From Centroscyllium fabricii (taxonomy: Eukaryota): a DNA stretch of 64,000 bases. Shown piece by piece: positions 12,334 through 25,930 of the stretch (position 1 is its first letter; the number at the start of each line of letters is the position of its first letter). The notes beneath the pieces were generated by a model. It saw only the letters and a program-made list of their open reading frames with translations, did no database searches and was not told the DNA's origin. The stretch covers positions 192,882,001 to 192,946,000 of the forward strand of contig JBNRSN020000005.1 of assembly GCA_051313645.2 (NCBI GenBank), written 5' to 3'. A program made the position numbers and the translations under genes.

Positions 12334-13816
12334 CACATCCACTGTTGTTTTATGTCCCTAAATCAACACCCACGCATCTCAAACACTGGCACATTCAGTT
12401 CTGACACAAAACCCACACGTCCCATTCACTGGTTAATTCAGTCCTGTCCTAAAACCCACGTGTTCATTCACTGAATGAGCCAGTGGATGGGACGTGTTGG
12501 TGTTGGGTCAGTGACTGAATGAGACAGTGCATGGGGCATGTGGGTGTTTGTACAGGGAATGAATGAACCAGTGATGGGACCTGTGGGTGTTGGGTCAGGG
12601 ACTGAATAATCCCATGGATGGGACATGTTGGTGTTGGGTAAGGGACTGAATGAAGCAGTGGATGGGACGTGTGGTTCTTGGGTCAGGATTGAATAAACCA
12701 GTGATGGGACGAGTGTGTGTTGGTCAGGACTGAATTAACCATTGTATAGGACGTGTGGGTGTTGGGTCACGATTACATGAACCTGTGAATGGGACGTGTG
12801 AGTGTTAGATAAGTACAGAATGAACCAGTGGATGATACTAGTGGGTGTTTGGTCAGGAATGAATGAACCGGTGGTTGGGACATGTGGGTGTTGCGTTAGG
12901 ACTGAATAAACCAATGGATGGGACGTGTGGGTGTTGTTTCTGGACTGAATGACCCAGTGGATGTGACCTGTGGGATTTGGGTCAGGAATGAAAGTACAAC
13001 TGGATGGGACGTGCGGGTGTTGGGTCAGGGGCTCAATCAACCAATGGATGAGACGTGTTGTTGTTGGGTCAGGAACTGAATGAACCAGTGGAAGAGACGT
13101 GTGGTTCTTGGGTCAGGGACTGAATGCACCAGTGGATGGGACGAATGGGTGCTTCGTCAGGACTGAATGAAGCAGTGGATGGGATGTGTGGATGTTGGGT
13201 AACAATTGAATGAACCAGTGGATGGGACGTGTTGGTGTTGTGTCAGGACTGAATAAACCAGTCGATGGGAGGTGTGGGATTTGGGTCAGGAATGAATGTA
13301 CCAGTAGATAGGATGTGTGGTTCTTGAGTCAGTCTTTAATGATCCAGCGGATGGGATGTATGGTTTTTGGGTCAGGACTGAATGAACCAGTGGACGATAT
13401 GAACGGCTGTTTGGTCAGGACTGAATAAACCAGTGGATGGCACTTGTGGGATTTGGGTCAGGAATTAATGTATCAGTGGATGGGATGTGTGCGTGTTGTG
13501 TCAGTGACAGAATGAACCAGTGGATGGGGCATGCGGGTTTTGTGTCGGGAGTGAATGAACCAGTGAATGGGATGTGTGGGTGTTGCGGCAGGACTGAATG
13601 TACCATTGGATGGGACATGAGGGTGTTGGGTCAGGACTGAACGAATCAGTGGATGGGACGTTTTGGTGTTAGGTCAGGGACTTAATGAACCAGTGGATGG
13701 GACGTGAGGGTGTTGGGTCAGTACTGAGTGCTCCATTGGATGGAACGTGTGGGTGTTGTTGTCAGGACTGAATGATGCAGTGAATGGGAAGTATGCGTTT
13801 TGTGTCAACACTTAAT

Positions 13817-14134
13817 TATAGAAGCATAGAATCCCTACAGTGCAGATAGAGGCCATTTCGGCCCATCGAGCCTGCACCGATACATATCGCACTCTATCCC
13901 CATAACCCCACATATTTAATCCCCCTAACACTAACAGTCAATTTATCCTGGCCAATAAACCTAACCCGCACAGCTTTGGACTGTGGGAGCAAGCCGGAGC
14001 ACCCGGAGGAAACCCATGCAGACACGGGGAGAATGTGCAAACTCCACGCGGATAGTCACCCGAGGCCGGATTTGAACCCGGGCCCCTAGCGCTGTAAGGC
14101 AACAGTGCTAACCCCTATGCCACTGTGCCGCCCC
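13817..14134 (-). mobile_element. HE1-like SINE, full length
   Basis: The minus strand starts GGGGCGGCACAGTGGCATAGGGGTTAGC (box A) and has GGTTCAAATCC (box B), the core and the CR1 tail. Confidence 0.9.
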
Positions 14135-17100
14135 AAATGAACAAGAGTATGGGACCTGCGCATGTTGGGTCAGCGGCTGAATGAGCCAGTGGATGGGACG
14201 TGTGGGTTTTAGGTCAGGTCTGAATGAAACAGTGGATGGGACGTGTGTGTGTTGCGTCATGACTGAATGACACTGTAGATGGGACATGTGGGTTTTGGGT
14301 CAGGGACTGAATGAACCAGTGGATGGGACGTGTGTGTGTTGGGTCAGGTCTGAATGAACCAGTGGTGGGTTCTTTTGGGTGTTGGGTCAGGAACTGAATT
14401 TACCCTTGGATGGGACGTGTGGGTGTTGATTCAGGTCAGAATGAACCACTGGATGGGACGTGCAGGAATTTGGTGAGGACTGAGTGAGCCAGTGGACGGG
14501 ATGTGTATATGTTGGGTCAGGACTGAATGAGCCAGTGTTTGAGACGTGTGGGTGTTGGCAGGGACTAAATGAACCAATGTATGGGACGTGTCGGTGTTGG
14601 GTCAGGGACTGAATGAACCAATGGATGGGACGTGCGGGTTTTGAGTCAGGAGTAAATGGCACAGTGATAGAACGAATGGGTGTTGGGTAAGGGACTGAAT
14701 GAACCAATGAATGGGAGGAATGTGTGTTAGTTCAGTGGCTAAATAATCCAGTGGATGGGACGTATAGGTTTTGGGTCAGTACTTAATGAACCAGTGGATG
14801 AATGAGTCAGTGTTTGGTAGGGACAGAATGAACCAGTTGATGGAAAGTGTGGGTGTTGGGTCAGTACTGAATGAACCAGTGGATGGGACGTGTGGGTGTT
14901 TGTTCAAGACTGAATTAAACAGTGGATGGGACTTGTGGGTGTAGTGTCAGCAGAGAATGATGCAGTAGATGGGGCGTTTGGGTATTTGGACAGGGACTGA
15001 ATAAACCAGTAATGGAACGTGTGGGTTCTGTCTCAGTTAATGAAATAAACAGTGGATGGGACGTTTGGGTGATGGTTCTGTGACTGAAAGAACCAGTGCA
15101 TGTGACGTCTGCGTATTGGGTCTGTACTGAAGCAACCAGTGGATGGGGCCTGTGTGTGTGTTGGGTCACGACTGAGTGGACCAGTGGATGGGACCTGTTG
15201 ATTTTATGTCAATTCTGAATGAACCAGGGGATGGGACGTGTGGGATTAGGTCCGGTCTGAATGAACAAGTGGATGGGATGTGTGGGAGTTGGGTCTGGAC
15301 GGAAAGGACCAGTGGAGCGGCCATGTGGGTGTTGGGTCAGGACTGAATGACCAAGTGACTGGGCGAGTGGGTGTTGGGTCAGGACAGAATGATCCACTGG
15401 ATGGGACATGTGGGTGTTGGTTCAGGAATGAATGAACGAGTTGATGGGACGTGTGGGTGTTGTGTCAGGTACTGAATGATCCAGAGGATGGGACGAGTGG
15501 GAGTTTGGTCAGGATTGAATGAACCAGTGGCTGCGATGTGTGGGTGTTGAGCCAGTGACTGAATGATCCAGTGGATGTGATGTGCGGGTGCTGTGTCAGG
15601 AGTGAAGGACCCAGTGATGGGATTTGTGGGTGTGGGGCCAGGGACTGAATGTTCCAGTAGATTGGACGTGTGGGTGTTGAGGCATAACTGAATGAACCAG
15701 TGGATGGGAGGTGTGGGTGTTGCTTCAGGACTGAATGAACCAGTGGATGGGATGTGTGGGTGTTTTGGTCAGGGCCTAAATGAACAAGTGTCTGTGACTT
15801 GTGGGTGTTCTGTCAGGACTGAATGAATCAGTGGATGGGGCATGTGGGTGTTGGGTAAGGACTGAATGAATCAGTGGTTGGGACGTGTGGGTGTTGTGCC
15901 TCGAATGATCCAGTGGATGGGACCTGTGGGTGCTGCCTCAGGGACTGAATGAAACAATGGATCAGAAGTGTGGTTGTTGGGTGAGGGACTGAATGAACCA
16001 GTGGATGGAACTTGTGGGTTTTGGTTAGGGACAGAATGAACCACTGGATGGGACTAGTGGGTTTTTGGTCCGGACTGAATGAAGCAGTGGATGGGATGTG
16101 TGAGTGTTCTGTCATGATTGCATGAACCAGAGAATGGGATGTGTGGATGTGGGGTCACGATTGAATGAGCCAGTGGATGGGACGTGTGGGTGTTGGTTCA
16201 GGGCTGAATGAACCATTGGATGTGGCGTGTGGGTTTTGTGTCAGTGACTGAATGAACTAGTCGATTGGATGTGCGGGTGTTGCATCAGGACTGAATGTAC
16301 CAGTGGATGAGTCGTGTGGGTATTGGGTCAGGACTGAATGAACCAGTGGATGGGACGTGTGGGGGCTGGTCAGGGACTGAATTAATCAGTGGATGGGCCG
16401 AATGGTTGTTTGGTCAACACTGAATGTACCAGTTGGTGGGTCGTGTGGGCATTGTCTCAGGTCAGAATATACCAATGGATGGGACGTATGGATGTTGATT
16501 CAGCTCTGAATGAACCAGTGGATGGGACCTATGGGACTTGGGTCACGAACTAATGTACCACTGAATGGGTCGTGTGGTTTTTGGGGCATGATTTAATGAT
16601 CCTGTGGATGGGAGGTATGGGTTTTGAGTCAGGACTGAATGAACCAGTGGCTGGGACTAGTGGGTGGTGGTCAAGACTGTATGAACCAGTGGGTGGGAGG
16701 TATGGTTGTTGGGTCAGTGACTGAATGTAACAGTGGATGAGATGTGCGGGTTTTGCGTCAGCAGTGAATGACCCAGTGATGGGACTTGTGGGTGTTGCAT
16801 CAGGACTGAATATACCAGTGGATATCACATGTGGGTGTTGGGTCAGGATTGAATGAACCAGTGGATGGGAAGTTTGGTTGTTTGGTCAGGGACTGAATGA
16901 ACTAGTGGATGGTACGTGTGTGTGTTGGGTCAGGGACTGAACGAACAAGTGGATGTGACTTATCTGTGTTGGGTCAGGACTGAATGAAACAGTGCATGAG
17001 CCATGTTGGTGTTGGTTCAGGACTGAATGAATCTGTAGCTGGGACGTGCGGGTGCTGTGTCTCGACTAAATGATACAATTGACGGGACCTGTGGGTGTTG

Positions 17101-18757
17101 GGTCAGGACTGTACGAATCAGTGGATGGGACGTGTGGGTGTTGGGTCAGGACAGAATGAAGCAGTGGATGGGACGTGTGGGTTTTGTGTCAAGACTGAAT
17201 GAATCATTGGGTGGTACGTGTGGGTTCTGGCTCAGGTAATGAATGAACCAGTGGTTGGAACGTTTTGATGTTGCGTCAGTGACTGAATGAACTCGTGGAT
17301 GGTATGTGTGTGTGTTGGGTCAGAAATGAATGAAGCAGTGGATGGGACGTGTGGGTGTTGGGTCAGGACAGAATGAAGCAGTGGATGGGACGTGTGTGTG
17401 TTGGGTCAGAAATGAATGAAGCAGTGGATGGGACGTGTGGGTTTTGTGTCAGGACCAAAAGCACCAGTGTATCGATCGTGTGGGTGTTGGTTCAGCTCTA
17501 AATGTACAAGTGGATGGGACGTGTGCTTTTTAGTTCAGGTCTGAATGAACCAGTTGGTGGGACGAGTGGGTGTTGAGTCTTGACTGAAAGGACTGGTGAA
17601 TGGGACGAGTAGGTGTTAGGTCAGGACTGAATGACCAAGTGAATGGGACGAGTAGGTGTTGGGTCAGTAATGAATAATCCACTGGATGGGACGTTTGGGT
17701 GTTGGGTCAGGACTGAATGTACCAATGGATGGGACGTGCGGTTGTTGGGTCAGGGACTGGATGAAACAGTGGATGGGATGCATGGTTGTTGACTCAGCAC
17801 TAAATGAACCAGTGGGCGGGACATGTGGGTGTTGCATCTTGACTTAATGAACCAGTGGATGGGACATGCGGGAGTTGGGCCATGACTGAGGAGCCAGTGT
17901 TTGATACGCGTCGGTGATGGTTTTGGGACTGAATCAACCAGTGTATTGGACGTGTGGCTGTTGTGTCAGGGACTGAATGAACAAGTGGATGGAGCGTGTA
18001 GGTGTTGGGTAAAGACTAAATGAATCAGTGGATTGGACGTGCATGTGTTGTGTCAGGAGTGAGTGACACAGTGATGGAACAAGTGGGTGTTGGGTCAGGG
18101 AGTGACTGAACCAATGGATGGGAGGAATGGGTGCTGGATCAGTGACTGATTGAGCCAGTGGATGGGACGAGTGGGTGTTTCACCAGGACTGAAAGAACCA
18201 TTGGATGGAAAGTGTGCGTGTTGGGTTAGGAATGATTGAATCAGTGGCTGGGACGTGTGTGTTTTGGGTCAGCGACTGAATGATTCCGTGATTGTGACTT
18301 GTGGGTGTTACGTCAATGACTCAGTGCACCAGTGAATGGGACGTGCGGTGTTGGGTCAGGGACTGAATAAACCAGTGGATGGGATGTGTGGGTTTTGGGT
18401 CAGAACTGAACGAACCAGAGGATGGGACATATGGGTTTAGGGCAGGTACTGAATGTAGCAATGTATGGGACTTGTGGGTGTTGGTTCATGTCTGAATGAA
18501 CCACTTGTTGGGACGTGTGGGTGTGGAATCTGGGCTGAATGAACCAGTGGATGGGATGTCTGTGTGTTGGGTCAGGACTTAATAACCAGGTGAATGAGAT
18601 GATTTGGTTTTGGGTCAGGACTGAATAATCCACTGGATGGCACGTGTGGGTGTTCAGTCAGGACTGAATGAACCAATGGATGGCACGTATGGCTATTGGG
18701 TCAACGACCGCTTGAACTAATGGATGGGATGCATGGGATTTGGGTCAGGACTGAATG

Positions 18758-18981
18758 AAACATAGAAGCATAGAAACGTAGAAAATATCTGCAGGAGTAG
18801 AACATTCGGCCCTTCGAGCCTGCACCGCCATTCAACACGTTCATGGCTGAACATGATACATCAGTGCCCCATTCATGCTTTCTCGCCATATCCCTTGATC
18901 CCCCTAGTTGTAAGTATTACGTCTAACTCACTTCTGAATATATTTAGTGAATTGGCCTCAACAGCTTTGTGTGGTATAGAA
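18758..18981 (-). mobile_element. CR1 LINE 3'-end fragment
   Basis: Tail CATAGAAGCATAG..GCAGGAGTAG..CATTCGGCCCTTCGAGCC plus a short upstream piece of the ORF2 3' end. Confidence 0.8.
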
Positions 18982-18998
18982 TTCAGGGACTGAATGAC

Positions 18999-21900
18999 CC
19001 ACACGTCCACCCTCAGACATCCCATCCAGTGGTTCATTCAGTCCTTTCCCAACACCCACGCTTCCCATCGACTGGTTCATTCAGTCCTGACACAACACCC
19101 ACACATCCCATTCACTTGGTCATTAACTCCTGACCCAACACCCACGCATCCCATCCACTGGTCCTTTCAGTCCAGTCTCAACACCCACACGTCCCATCCA
19201 CTGGTTATTCAGACCTGTCTGAAAACACACACGTCCCATCCACTAGTTCATTCAGACATGACACAAAATCCATACGTCCCATCCACTGGTTCATACAGTC
19301 CTGTCCCAACACCCACACGTCCCATCCACTGATTCATTCAGTCCTGCCCCAACAATCACAGGTCCCATTTACTGGATCATTCACTCGAGATGCAACACCT
19401 ACACGTCCCATCCACTGATTCATTCAGTCCTGACCAATCCCCAACAGGTCAGTTACACTGTTTCATTCAGTCCTGACCCAACACCCACAAGTCAAATCAA
19501 ATTGTTCATTCAGTACCTGACCCAAAACCCACACATCCCATCATCTGACTCAGTCAGTCCCTGACGCAACACCCAAGCATCCCATCCACCGGTACATTCA
19601 GTCCTGATGCAACGCCAACACATCCCATTCACTGCGTCATTCAGTCCTGACCCAACACCCACAAACCCCATTCAATGGTACATTAAGTCATTGACCCCAC
19701 ACTAACATGTCCCATCACTGGGTCATTCACTCCTGACGCAAAAGCCACACATCCCATCCAATGGTTCATTATTTCGTGAACCAACACACACACGTACCAT
19801 CCACTCGTTCATTCAGTCCTGACCAAATAACCACTTGTTCCATCCACTGCATCATTAAATCGTGACTCCAAAACCCCACACGTCCCATCCACTGGTAAAT
19901 TAATTCCAGACCCAAATCCCACATGTCCCAACCACTGGTTCGTTCACTCCTGAACCAACACACACTTGTCCCATCCACAGGATTATTCAGTCCTGACACA
20001 ACACCCACACTTCCCATCTGCTGGTTCCTTGAATCATTACCCAACACGCACACTTTCCATCCACTGGTTCATTCAATCTATACCCAACACCGACACGTCC
20101 CATCCGCTGTTTCATTCAGTCCTGACCAACACACACCCATCCCATCCATTGTTTCATTCCGTCCCTGACCAACATTCACACGTCCCATCCACTTGTGCAT
20201 TCAGCCCTGACCTAAGAACCACACGTCCCATCCACTGGTGCATTCAGTCGCTGAACCAACATCAACACGTCTCCTTCACGGGTTTATTCAGTCAGTGACC
20301 CAACATTCCATCCACTGGTTTATTCAGACCCTGAACCAAGAACCACACACCCATCCATTTGTTAATTCTACCCTGACCCAGGAACGACATGTCCCATCCA
20401 CTGGTTTATTAAGTCCCTGATGCAAAACTCGCACGTCCCATCCACTGGTGCATTCATTCCTTACCCAAATTCCACAGGTCCCATCCACTGGTTCATTCTC
20501 TCCTGAAACTACACCCACACGTACCATCCATTGGTTTATTCAGTCCTAAAACAACAGCCACAAGTCCCATCCACTCCTACATTCAGTCCTGACCCAAGAC
20601 ACACACGTCCCATCCAATGGTACATTCAGTACCTGACCCAACACCCACACGTCCCATCCACTGCTACATTCACTCCTGACTCAAAACCCACAAGTCCCAT
20701 CCAATGGTACATTCAGTCCTGACCCAAAACCCACATGTCCCATCCAATGGTACATACATGACCTTACCACACACCCACACATCCCATCACTGGGTCATTC
20801 ACTCCTGGCACATCACCCGAACATCCCATCCACTGGGTAATTCAGTCCTGACCAAGCACCCACTCGACCCATCCAATGGATCAATCAGTCCCGACCCAAA
20901 ACCCATACGATCCATCCAATAGATCATTAAATCCTGAGCCAAGAACCATATATCCCATCCACTTTACATTCATTCCTGACCCACATGGTATAGGTCCAAT
21001 CCACTGGTTCATTCAGTCCTTGACCTACATCCACACGTCCCATCCAATGATTTATTCAGTCCTGGACTATCACCCACACATACCATCCAGTGGTTCATTC
21101 AATTGTTACCCAAAACCCATACGAACCATCCACGGGATCTTAAGTCCTGACCCAAAGCACACATTTCCCATCCATTGGTTTATTCAGTCCCTGACCCAAC
21201 ACCCAGACGTCCTAGCACTGGTTCATTCAGTCCCGATCGAACAACCACACATCTCATCCACTGGTTTATTCAGTCCCTCACCCAAAATGCGTATGTACCA
21301 TCCAGTGGATCATTCAGTACATGGCCAACACCCGCACGTCCCATCCCCAGGTACATTTATTCCAGACCCAAATCCCACAGGTCCCATCCACTGGTTCATT
21401 CAGTCGGGAAACAACACCCACATGTCCCATTCCCTGATTCGTTCAATCGTGACCCAACTCCCACACCTCCCATCCAATGGCTTACTCATTTCTGACCAAA
21501 CACTCACTCGTCCCACCCACTGTTTCATTCAACCTTGACAGAAGAGCGAGGCATCCCATGCACTGATTTCTTCAGTCCTTTAACCAGCATCAACACGCCC
21601 CATCCACTGGTTCCTTCAGTACCTGTCCCAACACCCACTCATCCCACCACTGGTTCCTTCAGTCCCTGTCCCAACACACAAACGCCCCATCCACTGCTCC
21701 ATTCAGTCCCTGTCCCAACACCCACTCATCCCACCACTGGTTCCTTCAGTCCCTGTCCCAACACACAAACGCCCCATCCACTGCTCCATTCAGTCCCTGA
21801 CCAAACACCGACATGTCCCATCCACTAGCTCATTCATAACCTGAACCAAAACCCACAAGTCCCGTAAACAGCTTCATTCAGTCCTTGCACAATCCCATAG

Positions 21901-23391
21901 GTCCAATTCACATGTTCATTCAGTCCTGACACAACACCCACACATGCCATCCACTGTTTCATTCCGTCCTGATCCAACATACACAAGTCACATCCACTGG
22001 TTCATCCAAATCTGACCCAAGTACCACAGGTCCCATCCATTGTTTCATTCAGTAACTGAACCAACACCAACGTGTGCCATCCACGGGTTCATTCAATCCC
22101 TGACTCAACATCCACATGTCCTCTCACTGGTTCATTCAGTTCAGACCCAACACCCACACGTCCCCTCCACTGGATCATTCAGCCCTAATCCAAGAACAAC
22201 AGGTCCCATCCACTGGTTAATTCTTTCATGACCCACCTCCCACACGTCCCATCACTGGTTCATTCAATCCTGAACCAACACTCACAATCCCATCCGCGGG
22301 TACATTCAATACCTGACCCAACACCCACACGTCTCATCCACTGGTTCATTCAGTCCCTGACCCAAAACCAACACATCCCATAGCGGGTTCATTCAGTCCT
22401 GACACAACACCCACAGGTCCCATCCACTGGTTCATTCAATCCCGAGCCGACACCCACACGCCCCATCACTGGTTCATTCGATCTTGACCCAACACTCAAA
22501 TGTCCCATCGCTGGATCATTCAGACCTGACCAAAAATCCATACGTCCCATCCGCTGGTCCAATCAATCCCTGAAACAACACTCACACACCCAATCCAGTG
22601 GTTCTTTCTGTCCATGACCCAACCCACACATGTCCCATCAGGGGTCATATCCCATCCACTGCTACATTCAGTAATGATCAATCACCTACACGTCCCATCC
22701 ACAGATTCATTCAGAACTGACCCAAAACCCACAGATCCCACACACTGATTCAATCAGTCCTGACCCAACACACACAAATCCCGCCCACTGATTAATTGCC
22801 CAAAACCCACAGTTCGAATTCACTGGTTCATTCAGTCCTGACCCAATACCCACACACCCCATCCACCAGTTCATTCAGCCATGGTCAATCACCTACAAAT
22901 CCCACCGACTGATTCATTCAGTCCTGACCCAACACACACACATCCCATCCACTGGTCCATTCAGTCCTGACCCAACACTCACATGTCCCATCCACTAGTC
23001 CATTCAGACCTGACTCAAAACCCACAGTTCTAATCCACTGGTTCATTCAGGCCTGACCCAACACACACACATCCCGTCCAGTGGTCCATTCAGGCCTGAC
23101 CCAACACTCACATGTCCCATCCACTCATCCATTCAGGCCTGACCCAACACTCACATGTCCCACCCACTCGTTCATTCATTCCTGACCCAACACCCACACG
23201 TCCCACCCACTGGTTCATTCAGTCCTGACCCAACACCCACACGTCCCACCCACTGGTTCATTCAGTCCTGACCCAACACGCACACGTCCCATCCACTAGT
23301 CCATTCAGTCCTGACCCAACACCCACACGTCCCATCCACTGGTCCATTCAGTCCTGACCCAACACCCACACGTCCCATCCACTGGTTCATT
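18999..23391 (+). repeat. 43/44-bp satellite, block D
   Basis: Forward monomers. The last ~11 units (22920-23390) are nearly consensus-perfect. Confidence 0.96.
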
Positions 23392-23684
23392 GCAATGCCT
23401 CTTTTCCAAACTGGCAATGAGACGCTCCTGCCAATCTGCCGCTGACTCCGTCCTCTAATAGCACACTCGCACATACTTCTTTACGTTTTCCAATTCAATA
23501 TTCAATCATCCAAACTCTATCCTGCGTCCTCTAATATATATACTGCCTACTCCTGTTTTACAGTTTAAGGGCTTTGTTGCATTGCAATAGTGCCACACTT
23601 GAAAGCTATTGCATTAGCTGTGATTCGAGCGAGCCAACTTGAATTTTTAATCTGTAGTTGAAGTCTGACAAATTTTAGGAAGTA

Positions 23685-25100
23685 AAGGGGAATGTCTATG
23701 GATGTAGTTTATATGGACTTCAAAGGGTATTCAATATGGTTTCACAAAAGAGATTGTTAGCTCAAATTAAATTTAAAGGAATTGATGTTTAACTGTTGAC
23801 AGGAATAGTGGATTAAGTCGACGATAGCAGACAGGTTGTAAGCATAATTGTTTTGCACTCCAAATGGAAGTAATTGACCAGTGCTTTCCACAATCATCTG
23901 TGTTGCGGCCTTGTCTATTAATTCAATTTTTTAATGACTTAGAATACACAATAGACAGGCATATATCCAATATTGCCGACTACACAGCGTTTAGTTTTAC
24001 AGTTTTAGTTTTAGTGTGGACAGGAGCACAGAATTACAAAGAGACGTTGACAGATTACCTGAGTCAAATATTAGATAGCAGTATTATTTGAATTGTGCAG
24101 TATGAGGAATAGAGGGGACCGTACCTGCATTATCTATTCGACCTGCATGAAATCCCGATGCAGGGCCCACGTGAGCTGCCAGCGCGCAGTGCTGCTGAAG
24201 CAGAATGCTGGAGTAAGGGCGAAGCATCCCGCGGGATCATGTGATATGCGGTGAGCCAATCGGAGCAAAAAATGCTCCATTCATAAGTTTGACAGGAAGA
24301 CCTGTCAAACATATGAATACGACAACCCCAACACCACACTAAATCTTAAAATATATATTTTTAAACATCACATTTTTTTAAATTACTATCAATTACATAA
24401 ATTAGCTTTTTTAAACAAAAAATAAAAATTTTGAAAAAAATAATTAAAGTATTTAACGGGGCAACAAATTAACTTCCCTTTCTTTAAATTATTTGAAATT
24501 GAAAAACCCGAGGCAAAAAATGTTTAAATTGATTTAAATAAAGACTTACCTGCTGAAATCCACCCTTTACGGATGAAAAAAACAGCCGTAACTTTTTCCT
24601 TACTTACGCTAATAAAAACCTGTGAAAAAAATCGCAAGTGCATTGCGCACCCGCTGCCGTGCACGTGAATGTGTTCCGACCCCTGACCCCTTCTTTCAGG
24701 GCATTGGAATTGCCGGTTTCACGCGCATGCACAGTGCACGCCAGTACCCCGTCCGTACTGACACTTAGGGCCCCGAATTATTGGCCTGTTATGTTTGCAC
24801 TTGAGGACGAGACCAGCACTGGGCGGCATAAAGATAAGGCTGTCTCTGATAAAGCTATCAGAGAATTCGGGAGGAAATGATTTAGCATCAAGTTGTTAGA
24901 TTGTGGAACAGACTGCCACAGGGGATATTTCAGGCCTTTAGTCGTTTAGGGGAAGCTAGGTTAGCACATGATGGAGAAAGGAATAGACGGATATGCTGAT
25001 GCGATTCGGTGAAGTAAAGTGGGAGGAGGCTCATGTGGAGCACAAACAACGGCCTGTAGCTGCTGGTCCGATTGGACAGTTTCTGTTCAGTAAATTCTTA
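23685..25100 (+). mobile_element. Old degraded CR1 LINE fragments, interrupted at ~24115-24772
   Basis: Remnants of DVVYMDF, ISNIAD and VVRLWNRLP plus a CR1-like tail, with many disruptions. Confidence 0.6.
24115..24773 (-). mobile_element. Probable truncated non-autonomous DNA transposon related to the 28244 and 30790 elements
   Basis: GC-rich ends around an AT-rich core. The right end reads GGGGCCC.. on the minus strand and carries the GAAGGGGTCAG motif shared with the 28244/30790 elements. No matching left TIR was seen. Confidence 0.4.
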
Positions 25101-25119
25101 GTAAACAGGGTAGATGCTT

Positions 25120-25495
25120 CAATAAAAACAGAAAATGCTGGAAATACTCAGCAAATCAGGCAACACCTGTACAGAGTGAAACAGTGTTAACGTTTATGGT
25201 CGAAGACCCTTCGTCAGAACTGGAAAAAGTTGGACATGAAACAGGATTTTAAGCAAGTCTAGGGGCAGGGAGAGCGGAGAGGGAGCAAGCGAACAAAAGG
25301 GAAGGTCTGTGATAGGATGGATGGCTGGAGAGATTAACAGACAAAAGGGATGATGGTGCAATGCCAAAGGAGATGGTAATGGGACAAGTTAAGAAACAAA
25401 TGATGACTCTAGATGAAGTATAAATGGCAGTGGCAGGATCATCAACAGCTGCCATATGAGCGAGATAAAAAAGTGATGGGGCAGAAGTTATGGAT
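25120..25495. mobile_element. Penelope-derived short element with degenerate hammerhead
   Basis: Terminus AAAACAGAAAATGCTGGAAATACTCAGC. The minus strand has AGTT-CTGACGA-AGGGTCTTCGACCA-TAAA-CGTT-AAC. Confidence 0.65.
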
Positions 25496-25930
25496 TGAAA
25501 AATACTTTCTTGATTTCGAGGAACGGGTTATGAAATTGCACCCAGGTCACCATTTCAAAAAGTGAACCATTCTTCGGCCGAGCCCAGAAGAAACATTGTC
25601 CACACATGCGAAGTTTACAGCATAGTAACAGGAGAGTAAACTGGATTAGAAACCCTGGGTTATTTTCGCTCCTAACACAAGTTCATTGAGCTCATTGTAG
25701 GTTCCAACTGCCAGCCCCATATAGACGGGGAATTGGAGCTGGTTTCCTGCTACACCAGGGCAGTGATTTACTGTAAACCCTCTCTCCAGCAGAAGGTACT
25801 ATCACTGGTAAAGTCATTAGATTCTGCCCCTGGATTCAATAATAACGCTGCACATTTCACACAGAATCTTATCATTGTCGCTGTTGCTCTCAGTCTGAAG
25901 AAAAGTTTCCTGTTGTTTGCTTTCTTGCAG

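Larger units (their letters stand above)
7672..12470 (+). repeat. 43/44-bp satellite, block B (interrupted by SINE/LINE insertions)
   Basis: Same monomer in the forward orientation, with a locally homogenised variant at ~7880-8160. Confidence 0.95.
12471..18998 (-). repeat. 43/44-bp satellite, inverted block C
   Basis: Monomers read GTGTGGGTGTTGGGTCAGGACTGAATGAACCAGTGGATGGGAC. Orientation flips at ~12471 (TTCATTCA-C-TGAATGAG) and back at ~18998. Confidence 0.96.

Noticed and set aside
12471-18998. Nuclear-receptor half-site pair GGGTCA-N8-TGAACC in each monomer
   Set aside because: Short motifs with atypical spacing; nothing beyond chance supports binding.
318-23391. CRISPR-like or immunoglobulin switch-like array
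   Set aside because: Monomers are contiguous with no unique spacers, the DNA is eukaryotic, and there are no cas or Ig segments.
561-23474. Dozens of His/Pro/Thr-rich or Trp/Gly/Val-rich ORFs
   Set aside because: They are translations of the 43/44-bp satellite, with frames shifting each monomer and no splice or domain evidence.
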